Numbered from the stretch's first letter, positions 44,750 to 55,460 are shown. The stretch: DNA of 56,420 bases from Thioalkalivibrio sp. (GCA_046260855.1 JBHEOJ010000001.1:360-56779); one strand, 5' to 3'. The notes: generated by a model from the letters alone, not told the origin. Numbers and translations are program-made.

Positions 44750-45112
44750 CTATAACCACTCCATGATCTTGCCGACGATGTAGGCCACACCCTGGCCGAT
44801 CTCGCTTTCCAGCGGGAAAGACAGCATGCCCATCACCGAATAACCCAGCAGCCAGGGCATCAGGTAGAAGCGGATCATGAAGAAGAACCAGGCTACATAG
44901 AGCGGCACCATGATGGGAATGAGAAAACCCGGCGTGATGGGCTTGAACAGCGTCAGCAGCGGGTTGGTCACGCGCACGAAAAAGCGCATGAAAAAGAAAT
45001 TGCTGTTTTCGGGAAGGAACAGGTTCATGCCGGAGCGGCCGATCAGGGTCCACATGATCATGCCGAGGATATAGTCCAGCACCAATGCCCAGATGGGTAT
45101 TTCAGTCAACAC
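44750..45112 (-). CDS. Small membrane protein (YggT-like)
   Basis: Hydrophobic segments with F..VTNP.L..FK.ITP motif, downstream of the symporter. Confidence 0.7.
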   Translation of the reverse strand: MLTEIPIWALVLDYILGMIMWTLIGRSGMNLFLPENSNFFFMRFFVRVTNPLLTLFKPITPGFLIPIMVPLYVAWFFFMIRFYLMPWLLGYSVMGMLSFPLESEIGQGVAYIVGKIMEWL

Positions 45113-45170
45113 GTTAAAAGTCCCCGTTTGTTCTGGCCGTTTGTTTGGCCCGTATTAGTAATCATCAGGC

Positions 45171-45204
45171 AAAAAAAAACCGGGGTGGGCAAGCCCACCC
45201 CGGT
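45171..45204 (-). terminator. Intrinsic terminator of the symporter gene
   Basis: A9-CCGGGGTGGG-caag-CCCACCCCGG, hairpin followed by U9 on the minus strand. Confidence 0.85.
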
Positions 45205-45222
45205 CATTTTCATTACCAGCTG

Positions 45223-47055
45223 TTATGACCTGGAGCTGATAATCGTCTCGCCGCGGGGGATGCGGACCTCGTCGACCATGGCCTGAGTTTCTGCGTCAGG
45301 CTCCTTGGTCAGCAACGATACCACAACCATAGAGATCAGACTTGCGGACGCGCCCACGATGCCGAAGCGAAGGTGGTCGAGGCCGATCCAGGGGGTCATG
45401 CCGCCCGCGTACACCATGTACAGGTACCACGTTCCGACACCCAGGCCCACGGCCATACCCGCGATGGCGCCAGGCCGGTTGGCCCGCTTCCACCAGATGC
45501 CGAGAACCAGCGGGAAGAACAGACCCGACATGGCAAAGCAGAAGGCCCACGCCACAGCACCGAGGATACCGGTGAGCTGCAGACTCGCCACCAGTGCACC
45601 ACATGCTCCGATCACCAGCAGCAGGATCCGGGCGACGATGAGTCGCTTGTGGGTCTCGGCCTTGGGGTCGATGATCTTGTAGTACAGATCGTGGGACAGG
45701 GCGTTGGCGATGGCCAGCAGCAGACCGTCAGCAGTGGACATGGCAGCAGCCATACCACCCGCGGCTACCAGACCGGAGATCACATAGGGCAGACCCGCCA
45801 TCTCCGGCGTTGCCAGCACGATGATGTCGGCACGCAGGAAGAACTCGTTGATCTGCAGGATGCCGTCTCCGTTGGAGTCCGCTATCTTCAACATGTCAAT
45901 GGCGGACCACTTCTGGATCCAGTCAAGCGCCAGCACGGATTCGATTGACTGACCGATGATCGCGGTCGGCAGAGACGGATCCAGGATCTGCAGCTTGCTG
46001 AAGGTGGCCAGGGCCGGTGCCGTGAAGTACAGCAGGAAGATGAAGAACAGCGACCAGGCCACGGAGTTGCGCGCCGCACGCACGGAAGGCGTGGTGAAGT
46101 AGCGCATCAGGATGTGTGGCAGAGAAGCCGTACCGATCATCATACATGCAGCCAGGGCGATGAACTTCCAGGCCGCCATGGCGCCTTCAGCCGGCGTGGC
46201 ATGCAGGGTGGTCAGGGTAGACAGACCGGCAAAGGACTCGGTTGCCCTCAGGGTACCCACGCCCACGATGGGCTCCAGTTCCATGATGCGCTCCACGGCG
46301 CCGCCGTAGGAGAGCTGCGGCAGCGGACCGAATCCCTGCACGATGGACATCCAGAACACCGGGATCAGGTAGGCGAAGATCAGCACGATGTACTGGGCCA
46401 CCTGGGTCCAGGTCACCGCGCGCATGCCACCCAGCATGGAGCACACCAGGATACCGGCCAGACCGAACCACACACCGGCCTCGAACGGGATGTTCAGGGC
46501 GCGGGCAGCGATGGTACCGGTAGCGTTGATCTGCGCGGTCACATAGGTGAAGGACGCGATCACCAGCACCAGCACGGCCAGCAGACGGGTCGTCTTGCCG
46601 CCGTAACGGGTACCGATGAAGTCAGGCACGGTGTAGCAGCCGAACTTGCGCAGGTACGGCGCCATGAGCGTGGAGACCAGGATGTAGCCGCCGGTCCAGC
46701 CCACGATGAAGGCCATGTAGCCATGACCACCCATGAACACGCCGCCGGCCAGTGCCACAAAGGAGGCACCGGACATCCAGTCCGCGGCTGTGGCCATACC
46801 ATTGAACACCGGCGGTACCGATCTGCCGGCCACGTAGTAGGCCTCCACCTGCATGGTGCGAGACAACACGCCAATCATGGCGTAGATGGCGATGGTGAAG
46901 GCAATGAACAGAATGCCGATGGTATCCGCACCGAGGCCGACCTGTTCCAGCACTGCCATCAGTGCAAAGAACAGCAGAAAGCCGCCGGTGTAGATGGCGT
47001 AGATTTTCGGGAGGTTGCTGATGAAGTCCTTCCCGTCCATTTTAAATAGGCTCAT
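45223..47055 (-). CDS. Sodium:solute symporter, ActP-related (VC_2705-type) putative acetate/carboxylate permease
   Basis: YYVAGR, NGMATAADWMSGASF, GGMRAVTWTQVAQY, PHILMRYFT, AAMSTADGLL, next to acs. Confidence 0.9.
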   Translation of the reverse strand: MSLFKMDGKDFISNLPKIYAIYTGGFLLFFALMAVLEQVGLGADTIGILFIAFTIAIYAMIGVLSRTMQVEAYYVAGRSVPPVFNGMATAADWMSGASFVALAGGVFMGGHGYMAFIVGWTGGYILVSTLMAPYLRKFGCYTVPDFIGTRYGGKTTRLLAVLVLVIASFTYVTAQINATGTIAARALNIPFEAGVWFGLAGILVCSMLGGMRAVTWTQVAQYIVLIFAYLIPVFWMSIVQGFGPLPQLSYGGAVERIMELEPIVGVGTLRATESFAGLSTLTTLHATPAEGAMAAWKFIALAACMMIGTASLPHILMRYFTTPSVRAARNSVAWSLFFIFLLYFTAPALATFSKLQILDPSLPTAIIGQSIESVLALDWIQKWSAIDMLKIADSNGDGILQINEFFLRADIIVLATPEMAGLPYVISGLVAAGGMAAAMSTADGLLLAIANALSHDLYYKIIDPKAETHKRLIVARILLLVIGACGALVASLQLTGILGAVAWAFCFAMSGLFFPLVLGIWWKRANRPGAIAGMAVGLGVGTWYLYMVYAGGMTPWIGLDHLRFGIVGASASLISMVVVSLLTKEPDAETQAMVDEVRIPRGETIISSRS

Positions 47056-47069
47056 TGGATGGCTCCCCC

Positions 47070-47330
47070 TTAGTCTTCAGCGACGCCGAATTCGCGATCG
47101 ATCTTTTCCTGCTGTCTGTTGAACAGGAAAAGCTGGATCACGAAAATCGCCAGTGAACCCTGGGCGGCGAAGTAATAGCCCAGGGGCCAGCCGAAGAAGT
47201 TGATTTCGTTGAGTGGTACTGCGAAGGCATGTACCACGAAGGAAAATATGAACCAGACGATCAGATGCCCGATCGTCAGGTTGCGCGTTTTCCGCCAATG
47301 CGCCTCTCTTTGTGCCAAGTCGAGTGTCAT
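47070..47330 (-). CDS. Symporter small membrane subunit (DUF4212-like)
   Basis: HWRK, G.PLGYYFAAQGS, two TM segments, immediately upstream of the SSS gene. Confidence 0.85.
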   Translation of the reverse strand: MTLDLAQREAHWRKTRNLTIGHLIVWFIFSFVVHAFAVPLNEINFFGWPLGYYFAAQGSLAIFVIQLFLFNRQQEKIDREFGVAED

Positions 47331-47492
47331 GGTGTGACTCCTTCCTGTGCGGTTGTTTTTGGATTTAAACGTCTTTAGTTATGTTCAACCAGTTCCGTGT
47401 TGTATTGATCAGACGTCCTCCTGAATGTGATCTGACTCGTTCTCGGTATGAACTCCCCCCTTCTTTTTAGCTCATGAAACGTTGGTTTGTTG

Positions 47493-48203
47493 TCAGTGAC
47501 GCATGAGGTGCAGCTGCGCCTGGGCCTCTGCGAGCCTGTCCAGTGCGCGGATGTCGTCCAGCTTTCGTCTTCTTGCCTCGCTCAGCGCCATGAGCAGCAG
47601 TTCGGCCGTCACCAGCGCGTCGGCGGATGCCCGGTGACGCACGGGTGCCGGTATAGCGAAATGTGCCAGCCAGTCGTCCAGCCCGCGCAGACCGCTGCCC
47701 GCCTCTGTGTACAGGCCCGGCAGCAGCATGGCCAGATCCATGAACGGGTTGCGCAGCTTGATGCCCAGCTGCTTGCGCAGGCTGCGTCCGAGGATGATGC
47801 GATCGAAGTCGGCGTGAAAGGCCACCAGCCAGGACTTGCCGATGTGTTCCAGTACCGTGGTCAGGGCCTCGCCCCTGTCCACGCCGGCGGCGGATTCGGT
47901 GGGCGATATGCCGTGGATGACCAGGTTGTCCTTGTCGATCTTCTTGCTTTCGCGGTGCAGCACCACCTCGGTGAGACCGCCCAGCTCGATGCCCGCCAGG
48001 GTCACCGGCACCAGGCCCACGGAGAGCAGTTCGCTGCGCTGCAGGTCCAGACCGGTGGTCTCCACGTCGATCACCACGAAACGGGCGGCCTCGAGTCCGT
48101 CCCGGGGGGAGGGCTCGGGCAGGTCGTGCCAGCGATCGAGTCGGGCCTGGATACCTTCGTCCAGGATCGGTGCCGAGCGGAACCATGTGCTGAGGAAGCT
48201 CAT
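47493..48203 (-). CDS. DEDDh 3'-5' exonuclease (DnaQ/epsilon-like)
   Basis: ExoI VIDVETTG, ExoII FHADFD, ExoIII HRASAD. ATG overlaps the upstream gene end. Confidence 0.9.
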   Translation of the reverse strand: MSFLSTWFRSAPILDEGIQARLDRWHDLPEPSPRDGLEAARFVVIDVETTGLDLQRSELLSVGLVPVTLAGIELGGLTEVVLHRESKKIDKDNLVIHGISPTESAAGVDRGEALTTVLEHIGKSWLVAFHADFDRIILGRSLRKQLGIKLRNPFMDLAMLLPGLYTEAGSGLRGLDDWLAHFAIPAPVRHRASADALVTAELLLMALSEARRRKLDDIRALDRLAEAQAQLHLMRH

Positions 48204-50131
48204 AGCTGGTAGTCCAGGGCAATGCGCGATTGCAGTTTGCGACCCTGCCGGAAGGCCTCCTTGAGGATGCGCCGGTCCAGTTCGTTCAGGCCGTCCGGGT
48301 TGATCCGGTTGCTGGTCTGTTCGTCACGGGCCTTCTGGTTGCGCTGGTGACGCATACGCAGCAGCTGGATGTAGGCGAAGGCCTGGTTCCAGGCCTTCGC
48401 CTCGCCCGGGGGCACGTGGTGATGCCGCGCCAGGGCCTCGATGCGTGCCAGGGTGGAGGTCTCGTCCACCCGGTGGGCCAGGGCGAGGATGCGTGCACCA
48501 TCCACGAACGGGGTCAGTCCCTGGATCTTGAGGTCGAGGGTGTTGGGATGGGCTGCGTCGCCTGAGGTGATGAAGTCCCGCACCAGGCCCAGGGGTGGGC
48601 GGTTGCGCAGGGCATTGGCGGCCATCTGGTGCAGGAAACGGGAGTTGCCGGCCACCTTGCCCTTGAGCCAGTCGCGCAGGGCCTCGACGGGGGCGGCATT
48701 GCCCTCGATGACCCGGAAGTCGAAGAAGATGCTGGATTTCAGCAGGTGTTCCGGATTGCCCTGGTCCACCCAGCGGGTGAAACGCTCGCGCCACTCCGTG
48801 TCGCTCAGGCAGCACTCCGGGTTGCTGGCCATGATGTTGCCGGTGCATAGGGGGTAGCCGCACTCATCCAGGGCCTCGTTGATGCGCCGGGCCAGGGGCA
48901 GCAGTTCCTTGCGGATGGCCTCGGCCGACATGCCCTCGGGCACCTCGAACAGGATGCCGTTGTCCTGATCGGTCTTGAGGGTCTGTTCCTGGCGCCCCTC
49001 GCTGCCGAAGGCCAGCCAGGTGAAGGGTACCGGCGGGGGCGGAAATTCCTGGGCGCAGATCCCGATGATGCGCCGGGCGATGTTGTCGTTGAGCAGGGTG
49101 ATGATCTGGGTGATCTGCTCCACCTGCACGCCCTGGGCGATCATCTGGGTGATCAGGTGGTGGATGTCCTTGCCCAGGGCGGCCAGGGCTGGGATGTCCT
49201 CGGCGTGGGCAATGGCACGGCTGAGATTCACCAGCCCCACCCGTTGCAGGGAGAACAGGTCCCGCTCGGAGATCACCCCCTTGAGCCGGCCCCGCTCGAC
49301 CACGCAGACGTGATGGAAGCCGTGGTTGGCCATGAGCATGGCGGCCTCAAAGGCGAAGGCGTTGGGGGGCAGGGTGATGGGTTCCGGGCTCATCACCTCG
49401 GTCATGGGTTCGTCCATGCCGCGCCCCGGCAGGGAGACCCGGGAAAGCAGGTCGTGGAGGGTGAACATGCCCAGGGGGTGCATGTGCTCGTTCACCACCA
49501 CGATGCTGCCCACGTTTTCGTGGGCCATGGCCTCCAGGGCCTCGCGGATGGGGGTGTCAGCCTGACAGGCAACCGGTTCCCGGCGCAGCCGTTCGCCCAG
49601 GGTGATGTTCAGGGAGGTGTCGCCGCCCAGGCCGGTGGCGGCATTGGCCTGCACCTGGCGATGCACCTGGTCCAGCAGGCTGGCCAGGCGCCGGGTGCAG
49701 AAGTCGTTGAATTCGGGGGAGAGCTTGATCAGCTGGTTGAAGTCGTCCCGTTCCAGCTCAAAGCAGAAGGTGTCTTCTGCGGCACGGTGAACCGTGCGGA
49801 CCGGCCGGCGGGAGAGCAGGGCGCCGATGGGGAAACACTCTCCGGGTACGAGTTCCCAGGCATTGCCGGAGACCTGCTCGTCCTCGCTGGGGGTTTCGCC
49901 ACGCACCAGGCCCTGTTTGATCACGTAGAAACGGGAGGCCGGACCGCCCTTGGGATCGGTGATGCGTTCGCCCCGGGCATAGAAGGTGAGCTTGAAGCGC
50001 TTGGCCAGGAATTCCAGGTGCTCCGGCTCCATCTGGTCGAAGGGCGCATGACGGCGCAGGAACTCCAGCACAGGCAGCAGGACGCTAGCCTGGCGATCGG
50101 GTTCTGCAACGCTGTGGGCCTGTTCGCTCAT
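48200..50131 (-). CDS. cNMP-binding / CBS-pair / DUF294 nucleotidyltransferase-like protein
   Basis: cNMP domain (FYVIKQG.V, GECF), CBS pair (GSIVVV, GVISERDL), Pol-beta-type FGSEGRQEQ..TDQDN, C.GNIMASNP, IFFDFR, LDLK. Confidence 0.9.
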   Translation of the reverse strand: MSEQAHSVAEPDRQASVLLPVLEFLRRHAPFDQMEPEHLEFLAKRFKLTFYARGERITDPKGGPASRFYVIKQGLVRGETPSEDEQVSGNAWELVPGECFPIGALLSRRPVRTVHRAAEDTFCFELERDDFNQLIKLSPEFNDFCTRRLASLLDQVHRQVQANAATGLGGDTSLNITLGERLRREPVACQADTPIREALEAMAHENVGSIVVVNEHMHPLGMFTLHDLLSRVSLPGRGMDEPMTEVMSPEPITLPPNAFAFEAAMLMANHGFHHVCVVERGRLKGVISERDLFSLQRVGLVNLSRAIAHAEDIPALAALGKDIHHLITQMIAQGVQVEQITQIITLLNDNIARRIIGICAQEFPPPPVPFTWLAFGSEGRQEQTLKTDQDNGILFEVPEGMSAEAIRKELLPLARRINEALDECGYPLCTGNIMASNPECCLSDTEWRERFTRWVDQGNPEHLLKSSIFFDFRVIEGNAAPVEALRDWLKGKVAGNSRFLHQMAANALRNRPPLGLVRDFITSGDAAHPNTLDLKIQGLTPFVDGARILALAHRVDETSTLARIEALARHHHVPPGEAKAWNQAFAYIQLLRMRHQRNQKARDEQTSNRINPDGLNELDRRILKEAFRQGRKLQSRIALDYQL

Positions 50132-50162
50132 GGCCTGACCTTGGTGAGATTCCAGATCAATA

Positions 50163-50178
50163 AGCAGGTTTTGTGCCG
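50163..50178 (-). promoter_or_regulatory. sigma54 (-24/-12) promoter of the DUF294-exonuclease operon
   Basis: Minus strand CGGCAC-AAAAC-CTGCT. GG and GC have exact consensus spacing. Predicted +1 near 50152, about 21 nt before the ATG. Confidence 0.75.
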
Positions 50179-50196
50179 TGGATTTGTTCCCTTATG

Positions 50197-50209
50197 AATC
50201 AGTGGCTTG
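50197..50209. promoter_or_regulatory. IHF binding site
   Basis: AATCAG-TGGC-TTG fits WATCAR-N4-TTR, lying between the enhancer and the sigma54 promoter. Confidence 0.6.
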
Positions 50210-50230
50210 GCAGGGATAGGGGTCTTGATG

Positions 50231-50267
50231 TGTTACCCCAGGTAACAACGTGTTACCTGGGGTAACG
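50231..50267. promoter_or_regulatory. Upstream activator sequence, two CbrB-type boxes
   Basis: TGTTAC-CCCAG-GTAACA and TGTTAC-CTGGG-GTAACG, 20 bp apart, together a perfect 16-bp inverted repeat. Confidence 0.7.
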
Positions 50268-50300
50268 GGTGGTGCGCGAGTGAGGTAAGGGTTGCCGGTC

Positions 50301-50705
50301 TCAGTGTCGGGGGACCGGCTGGATCATGGCCTCGTCCAGGTGCCAGTGGCGGGCGATATCCTGGGCCCGGATCTTGTCTTCCTCATGGACGAAGACCTGG
50401 ACCTGGGCCTGATGTTGGTCTGCCCAGGCGGCCAGCCCCTGCCAGCGTCGGCCGCAGGCCTCCTCGCCCAGTCCTGACTCAGGTTCCACCACGCCCAGCA
50501 GGATACCTTCCGTGGCATGGACGGCCCGCAGGTCCGGGGTGATGTGGATATTGAGCACGGGCACGATCACCGGTTCGGGTTCCGTGTGGCCGGGCAGCTC
50601 TCGGGCTTCGAATTGCTCGTAGCCTCGCTTGCGCAACAACCCCATGGATGCCTCCATCAGGGTCTCCCGTTCTCGTTCGATGGCGTCGGGCAACATGCTT
50701 GTCAT
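50301..50705 (-). CDS. Hypothetical protein (134 aa)
   Basis: ORF with AGGA upstream. Helix-L.K.GY followed by PDL...VVE suggests a restriction-endonuclease-like fold (weak). Confidence 0.7.
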   Translation of the reverse strand: MTSMLPDAIERERETLMEASMGLLRKRGYEQFEARELPGHTEPEPVIVPVLNIHITPDLRAVHATEGILLGVVEPESGLGEEACGRRWQGLAAWADQHQAQVQVFVHEEDKIRAQDIARHWHLDEAMIQPVPRH

Positions 50706-50756
50706 GGGTAATCCTGCTTGGACGTGGGATTACCTTTGAGTGTAGCCGTAAGTGTC

Positions 50757-50833
50757 GTAGGCCGGATAAGCGCAGCGCATCCGGCTTGTTTTACCCATCG
50801 GAAAGCCGGATGCGCTGCGCTTATGCGGCCTAC
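50757..50833. repeat. REP doublet (enterobacterial-type GTAG REP)
   Basis: GTAGGCCGGATAAGCGCAGCGCATCCGGC (50757-785) and its inverted copy (50805-833), 28/29 complementary. Confidence 0.9.
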
Positions 50834-50857
50834 TTTTTCTCAGTTGGTGCAAGGGCG

Positions 50858-50942
50858 CCCCCTCCCCAACCCTCCCCCGCGATGCGGGAGAGGGGGCAGA
50901 AAGGCGGGTCGATTTATACTCCCGCCACCGGGGAGAGGGTTT
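50858..50942. repeat. CCCTCCCC-type palindromic repeat and degenerate partner
   Basis: CCCCCTCCCCAACCCTCCCCCGCGATGCGGGAGAGGGGG plus CTCCCGCCACCGGGGAGAGGG, with a relative at 55567-55600. Confidence 0.65.
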
Positions 50943-50944
50943 CC

Positions 50945-50965
50945 CTTGCTACTTGCCACTTGAGA

Positions 50966-50974
<9 letters not shown>
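50945..50974. repeat. Degenerate heptamer array overlapping the cbrB stop
   Basis: cttgcta cttgcca cttgaga ctagcca ct. Confidence 0.65.
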
Positions 50975-52288
<1,314 letters not shown>

Positions 52289-52332
52289 GGGGCTGTGATG
52301 TGCATGGATGGATCCTGTCGCCGGGTTGCGGG

Positions 52333-55287
52333 TCATGTGGCGTTGAGAGGCAGGCGCAGGGTGAAGCACACCCCGCCCTCGGGGAGGTTTTCCACATACA
52401 CGGTGCCGCCGTGGTCGTGGATGATGCTGTAGACCACCGAGAGGCCCAGACCGGTACCCTCCCCGGGGGCCTTGGTGGTGAAAAAGGGCTCGAAGATACG
52501 GTCCAGGAGGGAGTCGGGGATGCCCTTGCCCTCGTCCTCCACATGGACCTCGGCGAAGTTGCCATACATCTCCCCATGGATACGGATGCGGTCGCCCGGG
52601 GCGCAGGCCTGCATGGCGTTGTTGAACAGGTTGACGAAGACCTGGAGCAGGCGCTGATGACTGCCGCGCACCAGGATGGATTCATCCAGCCTGTTTTCGA
52701 AGTGCCGCTCCCGGGCCTGATCGCTCAGCTGTACCAGTTGCATGGCCTCGTCGATACACGCGCGGATGTCCACCTCGCCCATGGCGGCGTTGGGCACCTC
52801 GCCGGTGTGGCTGAAGGTGATCAGGCTCTGCACGATGTTGTTGATACGCCGGGTCTGCTCCAGGATCTGCTGCGCGCTGAGTTCCCGCTCGGTGCTGTCC
52901 TGTTCGTAGTGCAGGTCCTGGGCCAGGGAGGCGATGCCGGTGAGCGGATTGCCGATCTCGTGGGCCACGCCGGCGGCCAGACGACCGATGGAGGCCAGCC
53001 GGTTGGTGTGTGCCACCTCACTCTCCAGGGTATGCAGTTCGGTGAGGTCCTCCACCAGGATGACCGTGCCGCCCACCACGCCGCCTGCGTTCAGGGCCCC
53101 GGGGGTCAGTGTGCCGGGGGCCTCGATCTCGGACTTGTGCAGGTTGATCCAGCGGCTGTGGCCCTGGATGTTGATCTGGAGTTTGTAGAGGTGCTTGTCC
53201 TCGCCCTTGAGAAAGGCGCGCAGGATGCCGTGCCAGGGGTCGCCCAGCATCCTCAGGCCCTGCCCGGAGGCCTCGCGCACGGGTATGCCCGAGATCAGGG
53301 CCATGGCGCTGTTCCAGATGATGATCTCGCCGCCGGGCGTGAGGGAGCAGACCCCCAGGGGCAGTTCGTGCAGCACCTGACGGTGGTAGCGGCGCAGGGT
53401 GTCCAGTTCTGCAGCCAGACCCTGGAGGCGGATGTTGGAATGCTCCAGCTGCTCTTCCACGTAGCGCAGGCTGTCGGCGATGGCCATCTGGGTGTGGGGG
53501 TCCACCCGCAGGCGGTGATCCACGATCGTGCGCGAGAGCAGCGGTCCCATGAGGCCCGAGAGGTTGCGCTCCAGACGTTCGCGCAGGCGGCGCAGTTCGC
53601 CGGGATGGGTCTCGTCGGTGTGCAACCCCAGGTCGGACAGGGCACGGCTTACTTCCAGGGCCGCGGTCTGGGGGCCCACGGTCTGGGCCAGTTGTTCCTC
53701 GAAGTGCTGCACGCTGCGCACCTCCAGTTGCCCGCGGGGCGGTTCCTGCTGTTCACGGCGACAGGCCAGGGCCGCCTCGGACTCCTCCGCTGAGGGGTGC
53801 GTGAGCAGGGACCCGGCCACGAACAGCAGGGCGTTAAGGGCCAGGGACCAGAAGGTGGCGAAGGCCAGCTGGTTCTGCCCGCTGACACCGAACCAGGACT
53901 GCAGATCCAGGTCGCCGGCCATAAGGCCGGAGTGCTGGAGCAGGGGCACGATCAGGGCCAGCAGCCAGATGCTGATGCCCCCGGCCAGGCCGGCGATGAA
54001 GCCGACATGGGTGGCCCGGGGCCAGAACAGCAGGCCCATGAGCCCCGGCAGGAACTGGGCCACGGCCACGAAGGAGATCAGGCCGATCTGGGCCAGGCTC
54101 TGGTGGAATTCCATCAGCCGGTAGAACAGGTAGCCCAGGGCGATGATGACCAGGATCAGGATGCGCCGGCCCCAGAGCAGCCAGGTGTAGAGGTTGCGTC
54201 GGGGCAGGGCCTGGTTCTGGTAACGGGCCGGCAGGATCAGATGGTTCAGGCACATGGCGGCCAGGGCCAGGGTGGTCACGATCATCATGGCGCTGGCCGC
54301 CGAAACCCCGCCGATGAAGGTGAACAGCGCCCAGCCGTAACCGTGCTCCACCGACAGGCCCAGGACGAAGTAGTCCGGCGCGGTATCCACCTGGGCGTGC
54401 TGGCCCGCCCACAGGATCAGCGGGATGGGCAGGTTGAGCAGCAGCAGGAACAGGGGAAAGCTCCAGGCCGCGACCCGCAGTGCCCTGGGGTCCATGTTCT
54501 CCACGAAGATCATGTGGAACTGGCGGGGCAGCAGGAAGGCGGCGGCAAAGGCCAGCACCATGAAGGTCATCCAGGGGCCTTCGGTCACCGGGACGTAAAG
54601 TGCCTCGATGGCCTCGGGGTGGGCCATGAGCCATTCCCCCAGGGCCACCGGTCCGCCCAGGATGCCGAACAGGGCGAACACGCCCACCATGAGCAGGGCG
54701 ATGAGCTTAATCGCCGATTCGAAGGCGATGGCCACCACCAGACCCTCGTGTTTCTCCCGGGGCGTGATGTGGCGTGCGCCGAACAGGATGGCGAACAGGC
54801 TCAGGGTGGCGCAAAAGCCCAGGGCCAGCAGATGGGGTGGGGCCTCCTGGGTAAGCACGGTCACGGATTCCGTGACCGCCTTGATCTGCAGGGCGATGTA
54901 GGGCAGCACCCCGGCCAGCATGAACAGGGTCACAAGCACACCGGTGAACTGGTGGCGGTAGCGAAACGCGAACAGGTCCGCCAGGGAGGTGAGCTGATAA
55001 TCCCGCACTAGGCGCAGGATGGGGGCCAGCATCACCGGCGCTAGGGCGAAGGCCAGGGTGACGCCCAGGTAGATGGTGAGGAAGTTGTAGCCCTGTTCCT
55101 GGGCGAAGCCGACGCTGCCGTAGAAACTCCAGGAAGTGGCGTAGACGCCCAGGGACAGGGCGTAGATCAGAGGGTGGCGTACCAGGGCGTCCGGGAACCA
55201 GCCCTTCTCCGTGGCGTGGGCGATAAAGAACAGCACGGCCAGATAGGCCACGCCCACGGCATAGAGGATGCCCAGTTCAGCGTTCAT
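52333..55287 (-). CDS. cbrA: SLC5 transporter-fused sensor histidine kinase, CbrA-like
   Basis: About 500-aa multi-TM SSS-like N-terminus (LSLGVYA.SW, PRQFH), STAC-like linker, PAS, H-box [12 protein letters not shown] boxes (NA, DEGKGI, PFFTTK, GTGLGL). Confidence 0.88.
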   Translation of the reverse strand: MNAELGILYAVGVAYLAVLFFIAHATEKGWFPDALVRHPLIYALSLGVYATSWSFYGSVGFAQEQGYNFLTIYLGVTLAFALAPVMLAPILRLVRDYQLTSLADLFAFRYRHQFTGVLVTLFMLAGVLPYIALQIKAVTESVTVLTQEAPPHLLALGFCATLSLFAILFGARHITPREKHEGLVVAIAFESAIKLIALLMVGVFALFGILGGPVALGEWLMAHPEAIEALYVPVTEGPWMTFMVLAFAAAFLLPRQFHMIFVENMDPRALRVAAWSFPLFLLLLNLPIPLILWAGQHAQVDTAPDYFVLGLSVEHGYGWALFTFIGGVSAASAMMIVTTLALAAMCLNHLILPARYQNQALPRRNLYTWLLWGRRILILVIIALGYLFYRLMEFHQSLAQIGLISFVAVAQFLPGLMGLLFWPRATHVGFIAGLAGGISIWLLALIVPLLQHSGLMAGDLDLQSWFGVSGQNQLAFATFWSLALNALLFVAGSLLTHPSAEESEAALACRREQQEPPRGQLEVRSVQHFEEQLAQTVGPQTAALEVSRALSDLGLHTDETHPGELRRLRERLERNLSGLMGPLLSRTIVDHRLRVDPHTQMAIADSLRYVEEQLEHSNIRLQGLAAELDTLRRYHRQVLHELPLGVCSLTPGGEIIIWNSAMALISGIPVREASGQGLRMLGDPWHGILRAFLKGEDKHLYKLQINIQGHSRWINLHKSEIEAPGTLTPGALNAGGVVGGTVILVEDLTELHTLESEVAHTNRLASIGRLAAGVAHEIGNPLTGIASLAQDLHYEQDSTERELSAQQILEQTRRINNIVQSLITFSHTGEVPNAAMGEVDIRACIDEAMQLVQLSDQARERHFENRLDESILVRGSHQRLLQVFVNLFNNAMQACAPGDRIRIHGEMYGNFAEVHVEDEGKGIPDSLLDRIFEPFFTTKAPGEGTGLGLSVVYSIIHDHGGTVYVENLPEGGVCFTLRLPLNAT

Positions 55288-55438
55288 GCCAATGGGCTAC
55301 CAGGGCGATGAGCCCGATCAGCAGGGCCCAGAGCCCATAGGGCAGCAGCCAGTGACTCGACGGCGCCGCCCACCAGCCCACCAGGGGCGAGGCGAACAGG
55401 AGCAGGCCGAACAGGAACAGCAGCAGGGTCTTGTCCAT
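55277..55438 (-). CDS. cbrX: 53-aa membrane peptide, CbrX-like (absent from the ORF track)
   Basis: [53 protein letters not shown], whose stop overlaps the cbrA start by 11 nt. Confidence 0.8.
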   Translation of the reverse strand: MDKTLLLFLFGLLLFASPLVGWWAAPSSHWLLPYGLWALLIGLIALVAHWHER

Positions 55439-55460
55439 GACGGGCCGGTGAGGGTGGGTG

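Noticed and set aside
50232-50266. 16-bp inverted repeat as an intrinsic terminator of the orphan gene
   Set aside because: No U-tract on either strand. The internal TGTTAC/GTAAC symmetry and its recurrence at 55461 fit a protein-binding site better.
50706-50965. CrcZ-like sRNA downstream of cbrB
   Set aside because: No cluster of AAnAAnAA motifs and no sigma54 promoter here. The space is filled by REP-type repeats.
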